Shown here: piece by piece, positions 54,640-63,747 of the stretch | How positions within the stretch are numbered: the first letter of the stretch is position 1 | Layout of the letters: each line of letters starts with the position of its first letter | DNA from: an uncultured Gammaproteobacteria bacterium | GTDB taxonomy: Bacteria > Actinomycetota > Acidimicrobiia > Spongiisociales > SHLN01 | Assembly: GCA_964195905.1 (NCBI GenBank) | Contig: CAXMQV010000013.1 | Span: 3,482 to 67,481, forward strand | Direction of reading: 5' to 3' | DNA: 64,000 bases | Program-made: the position numbers and the translations under genes | Notes under the pieces: generated by a model | The model's input: the letters and a program-made list of their open reading frames with translations, nothing else | Database searches by the model: none | Told to the model about the DNA's origin: nothing

Positions 54640-57600
54640 ATGACAGAATCACAGAATTTCGCCCACCTTCACCTCCATACCGAGTTCTCAATGCTCGATG
54701 GGGCGGCGCGGGTCAGGGATGTGGTGGCCCGGGCTGCCGAGATGGAGCAGCCCGCCATCGCCATCACCGATCATGGAGTGCTGTACGGGGCGGTGGATTT
54801 CTATCAGGAGGCCGACAAGGCCGGCATCAACCCGATCATCGGCATTGAGGCCTACGTAACGCCGGGGTCGCGCTTCGATCGGCCTCCCCGGCATGAAGAC
54901 CGCCGCTATCACATGGTTCTGCTGGCCGAGAACGATGTCGGCTATCGCAATCTCATGGCGCTCGCCTCAAAGGCCTATCTGGAGGGCTTCTATTACAAGC
55001 CTCGCATGGACGCTGAGCTCCTGGCCGAGTATTCGGAGGGGATCATTGCGACCACCGGCTGTCTGGGCGGCCACGTGCCGCAGTTACTCGGACCGGACTC
55101 CAGTGAGGAAGGCAACACCGGGCTGTCCCGGGATTTTGAGGGCGCCCGGGCGGCGGCCGCCATGTACCAGGACATTTTCGGCAAGGATAATTTCTTCGTT
55201 GAGATCCAGGATCACGGCATCCCGGCCGAGCGCAAGATCATGCCCGACCTCCTCAAGATTGCTGCCGATATCGGAGCCCCGCTGCTCGCAACCAACGACT
55301 CCCATTACACCCATCCCGAAGAAGCCGAAGCTCACGACGTGCTCCTCTGCATTCAGACCGGAGCCACAATCGACGAGCCGAATCGATTCAAGTTCAGCGG
55401 CACCGGGTATTACCTGAAGTCGGCCGCCGAAATGCGCACCCTGTTCCCCAATAGCGATTTTCCCGGCGCCTGCGACAACACGCTGCTCATTGCTTCCCGA
55501 GCCAAGATCACCATCCCGATGGGCGAGTTCCTGCTGCCCCGGTTCCCGGTACCGGAAGGCCATACCGAGGAGTCGTATCTGCGGGAACTTGTCGAGGCCG
55601 GAGCCCGGGAGCGGTACGGGGATTCGCTCGCTTCCGAGGTGCGCGAGCGCGTTGAATATGAGCTCCGGGTGATAGTCGAGATGGGCTTCCCGGCCTACTT
55701 CCTCATCGTGTGGGACCTGATCCGCTACTCGCGTGAGCAGGGCATCCGCACCGGGCCGGGCCGGGGGAGCGCGGCCGGGTCGATCATTGCCTACTGCCTG
55801 CGGATCACCGATCTCGACCCCATCGAATACGGTCTCATCTTCGAGCGGTTCCTCAACCCGGGCCGTCGTGAGATGCCCGACATCGACATGGACTTCGACG
55901 AGCGTTACCGGACCGAGGTCATCCGATATTGCACCGAGCGCTACGGCTCGGACCATGTCGCCCAGATCATTACGTTCTCGACCACCAAGGGTCGCCAGGC
56001 GATCCGGGATGCCGCTCGGGTGCTCGGTTTCCCATACGGCAAGGGCGACAAGCTCGCCAAGCTCATGCCGCCCGCCATTCTCGGCATCGAAGCGACCCTT
56101 CAACAGTGCCTCGTCGATCCCGGCAAAGGGGCCGACCCGGCCATTCGGGACTTCTACTCGGCGGCCGCCGGGTTGCGGGACGAAATAGGCGTTGACGGCG
56201 ATTCACTTCGAGTGGTCGAGACGGCCCGGGGGCTCGAAGGGCTTCGCAGGCAGGACAGCATCCACGCGGCGGCCGTAGTCATCGCACCCACTCCGCTCAT
56301 GGAGATCGTGCCGCTCCAGCAGAAGGGTGAAGGCGCTGAAGTCGTCACCCAATTCGAAATGCACGCCGTCGAGGCGCTCGGGCTCCTCAAGATGGACTTC
56401 CTCGGGCTCCGCAACCTGTCGACGATCGAGCGGGCTCTCGAGATCATCGAGAAGAACACCGGGGAACGGGTCGACATCGATCACGTTCCTCTCGATGACC
56501 CTGCCGTGTTCGAGATGCTGCAACGGGGCGATTCCATCGGGGTGTTCCAGTTGGAGGGCGGGCCGATGCGAGCGCTGATGCGAAACCTCAAGCCCGACCA
56601 TTTCGGTGACATCGTCGCCCTGAACGCCCTCTATCGTCCTGGCCCGCTCGGCGCCGGCATGCACAACAAGTACGCCGACCGCAAGAACGGCCGCGAGAAG
56701 GTCGAGTATCCCCACCCGGACCTCGAGCCGGTTCTTTCCGACAGCTACGGGATCATGGTCTTCCAGGAGCAGGTCATGCAGGTGGCTCGCACCATGGCAG
56801 GGTTCACGATGGGTGAAGCCGATTTTCTCCGCAAGGCAATGGGCAAGAAGATCGCCTCGGTAATGGCAAAACAGGAGGAGCAGTTCGTAGCCGGCTGTGT
56901 TGCCAATGGCCATCCCGAATCCCTCGGCCGGGAGCTCTTCGGCTACATCGAACACTTCGCCGGGTACGGCTTCAACAAGTCGCACTCAGCTGCCTATGGC
57001 CTCGTCGCCTATCAGACCGCCTGGCTCAAGGCCCACTATCCGGCCGAGTACATGGCCGCTCTCCTCACCTCGACCAAGAAGGACAAGGATCGAACCGCCC
57101 TCTACCTCAATGAGTGCCGTCAGCTCGGGGTTGAGGTGATTACGCCCGACATCAACCGATCCGAGCTCGATTTCATCGCCAGGGATGGATCGATTCCGTT
57201 CGGCCTATCGGCCATCCGCAACGTCGGGGAAGGGGTCGTGGAAGCGATCCTTACCGAGCGCGAGAAGAACGGTCCGTTTGCCGACTTCACCGACTTCATC
57301 AACCGGGTCGACCTGTCGGTGCTCAACAAGCGCACCGTCGAGTCGCTCATCAAGGCAGGGTCTTTCGACTCGCTCGGCCACAGTCGGCGGGGACTGACAC
57401 TCATATTCGAGCAAAGTCTCGAGAACACGGTTGCCCGCCGCCGCGCCGAGGACGCCGGCCAGTACAGCCTCTTCGGTGGAGCCGAGTCGGCCCTCGAGGT
57501 GGTACCCGTCGAGATCCCGGGTGAGGAGTGGGACCAGAAGGTCAAGCTGGGATTCGAGAAGGAGATGCTCGGCCTATTCATTTCCGATCACCCGCTGCTG

Positions 57601-58152
57601 TCGGCCGGCTCGGCCCTTACCCGCCTCGTGTCGGCCCCGATACCGTCTCTCTTCGAGATGGCAGACGGCACCGCGGTGACGATCGGAGGGATGGTCTCCT
57701 CGATTACCCGGCGCTATACCCGCAAAGGCGATCCGATGATCTTCTTCGACCTCGAAGACCTCGAGGGCGGGGTCGAGGTGATTTGTTTTCCGCGTACCGT
57801 CGCCGAAGTCGGTCCGCTCGTGCGCGAGGACGCCATTCTCGTTGTCTCCGGCCGGCTCGATCACCGGGGAGACGATGTGAAGGTGGTTGCCGCCAAGATC
57901 ACCGAGCCCGACTTGCGCCCCGACGGCGCGTTGCGGATCAAAGTGGCGGCCGCCGCCCTCTCTCAGACGCTCATCACCAAGCTCAAGGGTGTCCTTCACA
58001 ATCACCCGGGGGCGGCGCCGGTCTTCTTGCACATGACCAATGAGACAGGCGAGATGAAGGTGCTGCGACTCGGCGACGAGTTCCGGGTCGAGCCACGATC
58101 CGCTCTCTACGCCGAGCTCAAGGAGCTGTTGGGCGGCCGGGCGCTGGCGTAA
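54640..58152 (+). CDS. dnaE: DNA polymerase III alpha subunit (replicative DnaE1 type)
   Basis: PHP motifs HLHLHTEFS, TDHG, TNDSHY; GRGSAAGS, PDIDMDF, KMDFLGL, YGFNKSHS; no intein-sized insert. Confidence 0.97.
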   Translation: MTESQNFAHLHLHTEFSMLDGAARVRDVVARAAEMEQPAIAITDHGVLYGAVDFYQEADKAGINPIIGIEAYVTPGSRFDRPPRHEDRRYHMVLLAENDVGYRNLMALASKAYLEGFYYKPRMDAELLAEYSEGIIATTGCLGGHVPQLLGPDSSEEGNTGLSRDFEGARAAAAMYQDIFGKDNFFVEIQDHGIPAERKIMPDLLKIAADIGAPLLATNDSHYTHPEEAEAHDVLLCIQTGATIDEPNRFKFSGTGYYLKSAAEMRTLFPNSDFPGACDNTLLIASRAKITIPMGEFLLPRFPVPEGHTEESYLRELVEAGARERYGDSLASEVRERVEYELRVIVEMGFPAYFLIVWDLIRYSREQGIRTGPGRGSAAGSIIAYCLRITDLDPIEYGLIFERFLNPGRREMPDIDMDFDERYRTEVIRYCTERYGSDHVAQIITFSTTKGRQAIRDAARVLGFPYGKGDKLAKLMPPAILGIEATLQQCLVDPGKGADPAIRDFYSAAAGLRDEIGVDGDSLRVVETARGLEGLRRQDSIHAAAVVIAPTPLMEIVPLQQKGEGAEVVTQFEMHAVEALGLLKMDFLGLRNLSTIERALEIIEKNTGERVDIDHVPLDDPAVFEMLQRGDSIGVFQLEGGPMRALMRNLKPDHFGDIVALNALYRPGPLGAGMHNKYADRKNGREKVEYPHPDLEPVLSDSYGIMVFQEQVMQVARTMAGFTMGEADFLRKAMGKKIASVMAKQEEQFVAGCVANGHPESLGRELFGYIEHFAGYGFNKSHSAAYGLVAYQTAWLKAHYPAEYMAALLTSTKKDKDRTALYLNECRQLGVEVITPDINRSELDFIARDGSIPFGLSAIRNVGEGVVEAILTEREKNGPFADFTDFINRVDLSVLNKRTVESLIKAGSFDSLGHSRRGLTLIFEQSLENTVARRRAEDAGQYSLFGGAESALEVVPVEIPGEEWDQKVKLGFEKEMLGLFISDHPLLSAGSALTRLVSAPIPSLFEMADGTAVTIGGMVSSITRRYTRKGDPMIFFDLEDLEGGVEVICFPRTVAEVGPLVREDAILVVSGRLDHRGDDVKVVAAKITEPDLRPDGALRIKVAAAALSQTLITKLKGVLHNHPGAAPVFLHMTNETGEMKVLRLGDEFRVEPRSALYAELKELLGGRALA

Positions 58153-58154
58153 GG

Positions 58155-58225
58155 GGTCACCGGTCACCGGTCACCGGTCACCGGCAAGAAAAGGTGGCAC
58201 GGTCGGTCTTGGGTCTTGGGTCTGC
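58155..58225. repeat. 7-bp arrays (GGTCACC)x4 and (GGTCTTG)x2-3
   Basis: 58155-82 and 58205-25, between convergent dnaE and the ATPase gene. Confidence 0.9.
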
Positions 58226-58230
58226 TTCGC

Positions 58231-59259
58231 CTAGATCCCCAACCGCTCGAGCGATAGGTTCTCCGCCCCGTCAAGCACCGCCTGCAGTCCGTCCAGGTCA
58301 ACCGGCGCCTCGGCCAGCCAGGGGATGGTGGCCACGGCCGTGCCAACCCGGCCGCTGAAGTCGGCCCGGGCGTCCTCCTGCTTGCCCACCTCGAGGGCCC
58401 ACCGGGCCAGGTTTTCGTTGAGGGCTGCGGCCGCCCGTCCATCGTCGAGGGGGTCGGCCGGCGCCGCCCAGTGGTCGGGCAGGGCCCGGTTGAACACGAC
58501 GAGCTCGGGTTCGAGTCCCACTTCGTGGAAGCGCAGCGCCTCGCGCAATGGTCCGGGATCGGCTGTGGTCACTACCACGACGGTGGCCTCGGCGAAGTGC
58601 CGTTCTATGGCGGCAGCCTTGACGGTGATGCCGTCGTAGGTGGTCCGAAGATCGAACAGGAACTCGGCGACCTGTTCGAGGAGCGGTCCGCCCAGCAGGG
58701 CGTCGGCCAGACGAAGCGCCGGCCTGCCCGCCAGGTTGAAGAGGCTCCTCCGACCCGGCAACCGGGCGCCTGTGAGCCATCGCAGCAGCCGTCCCCCCAC
58801 CAGCTCCCGCATCCGGGAAGGAGCCTCGAAGAAGTCAATGCCTCCTGAGGCCGGCGGGGTGTCGACCACGACGACGTCCCACTCTCCGCTTTCGAGGTGC
58901 ACGGCCATCTCTTCGGCGGCCGCGTATCCCTGTCCGGACGGGAAGCGGCTCGCCACCGCCTCGAAGAGGGGATTGGTGACGAGCCGATCGGCGATCTCGG
59001 CCGGGGCGTGCCGGTAGGCGATGGCGTCCCAGGAGGCCGCCGAGTCAAGCATGGCGGCGAACAGGCCGTCGAGATTCGGGTTCGGCTCGGGATGATTGCC
59101 GAGCGTTTCCAATCCGAGTGCAGTCGCCAGGCGTCTGGCCGGGTCGACGGTCAGCACCAGCGTCCGGTGGCCTGCCCCGGCTGCCCCGACGCCGATGGCA
59201 GCAGCAATGGTTGTCTTTCCCACGCCCCCGCCGCCGGTGATGAGCACGGCCCTCGTCAT
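58231..59259 (-). CDS. ArsA/Get3-like ATPase, Rv3680-type subunit
   Basis: GGGGVGKTT (signature Lys absent), TVDPARRLA, VDTPP. Confidence 0.88.
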   Translation of the reverse strand: MTRAVLITGGGGVGKTTIAAAIGVGAAGAGHRTLVLTVDPARRLATALGLETLGNHPEPNPNLDGLFAAMLDSAASWDAIAYRHAPAEIADRLVTNPLFEAVASRFPSGQGYAAAEEMAVHLESGEWDVVVVDTPPASGGIDFFEAPSRMRELVGGRLLRWLTGARLPGRRSLFNLAGRPALRLADALLGGPLLEQVAEFLFDLRTTYDGITVKAAAIERHFAEATVVVVTTADPGPLREALRFHEVGLEPELVVFNRALPDHWAAPADPLDDGRAAAALNENLARWALEVGKQEDARADFSGRVGTAVATIPWLAEAPVDLDGLQAVLDGAENLSLERLGI

Positions 59260-60110
59260 AGAGATGGTCCGAGACTGTCGGCGATGAGGGCGGCGACCTC
59301 GCCCGGGGTATGGACCCCAAACCGGTAGGGCACCTGCGGGCCGGTGGGGAGGTCGGCGATCCAGCGCCGCTGGGCGGCGTAGAGGCCCCGGTGCAGCCGG
59401 CCAGCCTCCCGGTGCGGAAGCGATTCGACGAGTTCGAGGGTCTCTTCCGACACTCCGAGCGGGTCGAGAACACGGTTCGTGATGACCGAGGCGATGTCGA
59501 CGAACTCGGAGACCTGCCCATATGCTTCCATCGTCTCAACCACGGGAAGCTCCTCGGGCGTGGCGACCAGAACAAGCCCGGTTTGGCTCGGGTCGCTCAG
59601 CTGTTGCTCGTAACGCAGTGCCTGATCCCTGACCCGTCCGACCGGAACAAGGCCGGCGATGGTGACGGGCGCCCTCAGGTAGGACGACAGCTGTCCGAGC
59701 GGCGGGGCATCGGCGATGACGAGATCCCATCGGTCCTTGCCGCCCTCAAAGAGCGCTTTCCCGATCGTGATGATGTCCCGGATCCCGGGGACCGTGTCCG
59801 CCAGGGCATTGAGCCCTCGCGCTACCGGCCCGAGCGGCGCCATCCGGGGGGCATGGAGCTGGAGCCGGATGTACTCGTCGAGGGCGTGGGAACGATCGAC
59901 GGTGAGGGCGTGGAGGCCGGGACGGACCTCCTGAGGGGTGCAACCGAGCCGGTCGACGCCGAGGTGGGTGGCCAGTCCGAGATCGTCGACCATCGACATT
60001 GCCAGCACAGAGAGCCCTCGCCGGGCAGCCAGGATGCCGAGGGCCGCCGAAACGGCCGACTTGCCAACCCCTCCTTTGCCACTCACCAGCAAGAGGGAGC
60101 GATCGAGCAA
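59256..60110 (-). CDS. ArsA/Get3-like ATPase, Rv3679-type subunit
   Basis: GKGGVGKS, no DPA switch-I motif, DAPPLG, PEELPVVET; ATGA overlap with partner. Confidence 0.85.
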   Translation of the reverse strand: MLDRSLLLVSGKGGVGKSAVSAALGILAARRGLSVLAMSMVDDLGLATHLGVDRLGCTPQEVRPGLHALTVDRSHALDEYIRLQLHAPRMAPLGPVARGLNALADTVPGIRDIITIGKALFEGGKDRWDLVIADAPPLGQLSSYLRAPVTIAGLVPVGRVRDQALRYEQQLSDPSQTGLVLVATPEELPVVETMEAYGQVSEFVDIASVITNRVLDPLGVSEETLELVESLPHREAGRLHRGLYAAQRRWIADLPTGPQVPYRFGVHTPGEVAALIADSLGPSL

Positions 60111-60114
60111 GGGT

Positions 60115-60336
60115 CTATCCGCCGTCGGAGGCCAGCGGGATGCGGAGTACGAGCTTGCCGTCTTCTACGGCCCAGTCGGCCGAGCCGATCAATCCGTAGT
60201 CGAGGAAGTCGAGCTCAGCTTGTTTGATGAACATCTGCCGCTCGTCGCCCGCCACAGGTGGGAGGCCCCGTTCCTTGACCGCTTCGGCCCGGGTGCGGAA
60301 ACGCTCGATGAGGGCGTCGACGTCGAGTTCTGCCAT
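60115..60336 (-). CDS. 73-aa hypothetical protein heading the ATPase pair
   Basis: LIERFRTRAEAVKERGLPPVAGDERQMFI; TAGGTT 6 nt before the ATG. Confidence 0.78.
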   Translation of the reverse strand: MAELDVDALIERFRTRAEAVKERGLPPVAGDERQMFIKQAELDFLDYGLIGSADWAVEDGKLVLRIPLASDGG

Positions 60337-60364
60337 ACCGCAAACCTAGTGCCCGGGGAGGCAC

Positions 60365-61996
60365 TCACACGACAGGTTCGGGCTCCCCGGCGGCTTTGCG
60401 GCGGGCCTCGGAGCGTCGTTCGCTCTCGAGCCGTCCGAGCTCGTAGTCGTTGTGGTCGACGTAGGACATTGCTTCGGCGATGACTTTGTGGCCGGCCTGT
60501 TCGCCGATGAGTCGATGCATCTCCTGGCACACCCGCCGGTAGTCGGCGTGTCCTCCCTGAGCGGTTCGCAACTCGATGAGGTGAAACGCTTCCCGGGCAT
60601 TCAGGTCCATGTAGAAGCGGATGCGGTAGGCGAACGGCACCACATACTGGGCAGCGTGGGGCCCGGCAGTCGCCTCGACGCGCTCGGCAAGATGGGCGGT
60701 CCGGTCCATCGCTTCGTCCCACAGGTGGACGGCGCCAACCGCCCGGATGGGGTCGGGGGTCACATAACCGTGCTGGGTTCCGAGGCGCTGCCAGTCGAGT
60801 GTCATGAGCCGATGGCGCTGGAGGTCGCGAAAGATCCCGTAGTCGCACAGGATGTCGAATCGGTATCCGGTTCGCTCCATCCCCCGGCCCGGCTTATGGC
60901 GACGGTTGGACCGGTCCCCGACATAGGCCCGGATGAGCTCGGCCCGCTTGTCGGAAGGCATACTCCGGGCCGCTGCGAGCAACTGGTCGTCCGGCAGATC
61001 GGAGTGGGCGTACAGGGCGGCAGCTGCCACCTTCAGCTCACCATCGGGGTCCCAGTCGGTCAGGATGACCTCAGGACGTGCCTCCGGAGTGATCCCGAGC
61101 TGGCGGCTCCGCTCATCCATGTCGTCCCGGATGTCTGCCAGATAGGTGCTCCAGGCACCGCCCCGGTCCGGAACATCAACCCGCTTCACGAATGAGGGGA
61201 TCACCTTGCGCAGCTCCTCGAGCATCATCGCCGAGTACTGGCGGGCCTCGGTTAGCGGGTTGGCCCGCATCCGAAGCAAGAGCGTTTCGTAGGCCTGCCC
61301 GGTGCCATAGATTCCGACATTGGAGGTGGTGGCCGCCGGCAGGAGGCCGCGGGCGGCGTCACACGCCTTGGCCCGGATGGTCGATTTCCAGACGAATTCG
61401 GAGTCTTCGGTCCCTTTCGGGAAATTCTCCTCGAAGAACGGGACGAGCTTGGCAATGGCTTCGGAGTAGGCGCCGAACAGCCAGTCCATCGTCGCCCGGT
61501 ACTCCGTTTTCAATCCGGCGCTCGTCACCTCGGCCGGGGTGAAGTAGCGGTACCGATCGCCGAGAGGCCGGTCGTAGTAGATGTAGCGGGTGCTTTGCTC
61601 GAGATAGGCCGCCAGCCGCCCCCGCTCGAGCACCTTGGTCAGGAGATTGGAGGCCTGCTCGGTGGCAAGGTGTACGCCTCCGAGTTGGGCAACCGAATCG
61701 TCTCCGTACTCACCGAACACGCGCTGGTAGAGAGCCTCGGCCTTGTTGGTGGACACCAGTTGGTCGGTGGCCTGCAGCTGGGATGCGATGGCCTGAATGC
61801 CCTGGTCGGGATCGGAGAGGAACTCATCGAGCAGCAGGCGCCGGAGGGACTTATGGGTTCTGCTGTAGCGGGCGAAGAGCGCCCCCTTGACCACCTCTGG
61901 GAGATTGATGAGCGCAAAGACGGGGCGGTCGAGGTTTGTGAAGTAGCGAGCGAGAACGGCTCGTTCACCGTCGGTGAAGGGTTCTTCGAAGTACAT
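60365..61996 (-). CDS. thyX: FAD-dependent thymidylate synthase, tandem two-domain form
   Basis: N-domain ERGRLAAYLEQSTRY and ARGLLPAAT; C-domain FRDLQRHR and ELRT...GH..YR; start ATG 61996 (MYFEEPF). Confidence 0.92.
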   Translation of the reverse strand: MYFEEPFTDGERAVLARYFTNLDRPVFALINLPEVVKGALFARYSRTHKSLRRLLLDEFLSDPDQGIQAIASQLQATDQLVSTNKAEALYQRVFGEYGDDSVAQLGGVHLATEQASNLLTKVLERGRLAAYLEQSTRYIYYDRPLGDRYRYFTPAEVTSAGLKTEYRATMDWLFGAYSEAIAKLVPFFEENFPKGTEDSEFVWKSTIRAKACDAARGLLPAATTSNVGIYGTGQAYETLLLRMRANPLTEARQYSAMMLEELRKVIPSFVKRVDVPDRGGAWSTYLADIRDDMDERSRQLGITPEARPEVILTDWDPDGELKVAAAALYAHSDLPDDQLLAAARSMPSDKRAELIRAYVGDRSNRRHKPGRGMERTGYRFDILCDYGIFRDLQRHRLMTLDWQRLGTQHGYVTPDPIRAVGAVHLWDEAMDRTAHLAERVEATAGPHAAQYVVPFAYRIRFYMDLNAREAFHLIELRTAQGGHADYRRVCQEMHRLIGEQAGHKVIAEAMSYVDHNDYELGRLESERRSEARRKAAGEPEPVV

Positions 61997-62020
61997 GGTG
62001 TTCTCTCCCCGGGGCCGCCA

Positions 62021-62038
62021 AGTTACAGCGGTGTAATT
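62021..62038. promoter_or_regulatory. 18-bp palindromic operator candidate before thyX
   Basis: AGTTACAGCGGTGTAATT (TTACA-N4-TGTAA); overlaps minus-strand TAACTT -10. Confidence 0.6.
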
Positions 62039-62111
62039 ATCCGGGCATGATCGTCGGTTTGCAAATCGGGATTGGGCGTGCCCTATCTCGGCTCGCAACT
62101 ACCATCCGTCC

Positions 62112-62417
62112 ATGCATCCGAACGCAGTCAAGGCACTGGTTCTCGTCGCAATCGCCGCCATCCTGGCGGTAGCGGCGGTCCCGATGATCATTCTTCTCGA
62201 CCTGACGGGCGGCGGAACCGGGTGGGGATTGTGTGAGGGCGGGCTCGACTCTTGCCGGGTCGCAAACTTCCGGGGCCCGCGGTTTGCCTTGACGCTCATG
62301 ATCGTGCTCGTCGCCCTGGCGGCTCTGCTGCGATTCATCGTCTGGGTTGCCGGTCTGTCGGGACGGCCAAGCCGCCAGGCGAGCCGCTACCGCGGCGACG
62401 ACATCTACATCCCCTAG
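62112..62417 (+). CDS. Small two-TM membrane protein with a CEGGLDSC loop
   Basis: Two hydrophobic helices; TACCAT 6 nt before the ATG. Confidence 0.72.
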   Translation: MHPNAVKALVLVAIAAILAVAAVPMIILLDLTGGGTGWGLCEGGLDSCRVANFRGPRFALTLMIVLVALAALLRFIVWVAGLSGRPSRQASRYRGDDIYIP

Positions 62418-63310
62418 CCGTGAGGGCTGGTGGCTTCCTCGGCGACCTCAGGCTCGTCGGCGGTCGCCCGGAGCACTACGAAGATGGCGCCGAGGATCAA
62501 TCCTGCCCCGATCCAGCCTCTGGCCGACAGCGTGGTGCCGGTCACGATGGCGGCCGTCCCGGCCGCAAAGGCCGGCTCTAGCGCCAGGACGATGGCGGCA
62601 TTGGCCGCTCCCACCCGTGACTGCGCCCAGATCTGAAGGAGGAAGCCGCCGGCGGATGCACCGAGACCGGTAAGCACGAGTGCCATCGCGACTTCCGTAC
62701 CGGGAACTTCGAGTCCCTCTTTCGCAGCCGCGATCGCAAACGCACCCACCGAGGTGACGGCGAGTTGGAGGGCGGTGAATCCGACGAGGTCGTGGCGATT
62801 GGCCAGATGGGAGAGGAACACGATGTGGGCCGCAAAGGCCACGGCCGCCCCGATCGTCAGCAGGTCGCCGACCTCGGGTTGGAAGCCCTCGGTGAGCAGG
62901 TAGAACCCGCCAAACGCGATGCCGGTTCCAACCAGTACCTGCGAGTTGAGGTTGGCCGGTCCCTGCAGTCGATTCCACGCCAAAGCCAGAAGAGGGGTGA
63001 GGACGACGTAGAGGCCGGTGATGAGACCGGAATTGGCGGCGCCGGTGGTGAGGAGTCCCTCGGTTTGGAATCCGAACCCGGCAACGAGCAACAGCCCGCC
63101 GATGATGCCGTCGCGCCAAACGGCCCGGCCGTGCGGCCTGGCAATCAGCAACAACGCGACGGCACCGAGCAGAAAACGCCAGCCGACGAAGTTGAATGGT
63201 GGCAGATCCTCGATGGCATCCTTCACCACCACGAACGTGACTCCGAACACGATCGAGGCTGCCACGAGGGCGGCGGCGGCCGGCCGGTCGGTCAGGCCTT
63301 TGACGGCCAC
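62414..63310 (-). CDS. EamA/DMT-family transporter
   Basis: FGVTFVVVK...WRF...QTEGL...SGLITGLYVVLTP...ALEPAFA; about 10 TM; start uncertain (GTG 63310). Confidence 0.88.
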   Translation of the reverse strand: MAVKGLTDRPAAAALVAASIVFGVTFVVVKDAIEDLPPFNFVGWRFLLGAVALLLIARPHGRAVWRDGIIGGLLLVAGFGFQTEGLLTTGAANSGLITGLYVVLTPLLALAWNRLQGPANLNSQVLVGTGIAFGGFYLLTEGFQPEVGDLLTIGAAVAFAAHIVFLSHLANRHDLVGFTALQLAVTSVGAFAIAAAKEGLEVPGTEVAMALVLTGLGASAGGFLLQIWAQSRVGAANAAIVLALEPAFAAGTAAIVTGTTLSARGWIGAGLILGAIFVVLRATADEPEVAEEATSPHG

Positions 63311-63747
63311 AGCGATCCAATCGAATCGGTGGCAAGGAACACACCGCGGGCCTCGGCGATGACCGTGTCGTCCTGGCTGAGGGCCCCGTTGATCCGCAGC
63401 CGGCGTCCCGAGGACTCGCCGAGTGTGCCGGTCAACGAGTACCGGCCGATCGGGTCGCCCGGCTTGCGAAAGCGGAGGTCGAGGGTGGCGGTCACGGCCA
63501 TCGTGTCCGCCAGCAACACGGCCGTCCAGGCGCAGATTTCGTCGAGGGCGGCGGCAATGACGCCTCCATGGAGGGAGCCGATCGTGCCCCGGTGCTCGGG
63601 GCGCGGCTCGAATGTGGCCCCGATCTCGGACTCGGACTTTCGATGGAACCCGTCGAGGTGGAGGCCGATCGGGTTCGAGAGCCCACAGGCGAAGCAATCG
63701 GCATAGAGGCTGCGGAACTCGGCGATCTGGTCGTCGGGGATCCTCAC
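63292..63747 (-). CDS. PaaI-family (hotdog) thioesterase
   Basis: CFACGLSNPIGL, HGGVIAAALDE; GTGA overlap with upstream gene. Confidence 0.9.
   Translation of the reverse strand: MRIPDDQIAEFRSLYADCFACGLSNPIGLHLDGFHRKSESEIGATFEPRPEHRGTIGSLHGGVIAAALDEICAWTAVLLADTMAVTATLDLRFRKPGDPIGRYSLTGTLGESSGRRLRINGALSQDDTVIAEARGVFLATDSIGSLWPSKA

Noticed and set aside
54640-58152. Intein in DnaE, or error-prone DnaE2
   Set aside because: Length of 1170 aa with continuous motifs, intact PHP residues and no imuA/imuB neighbours.
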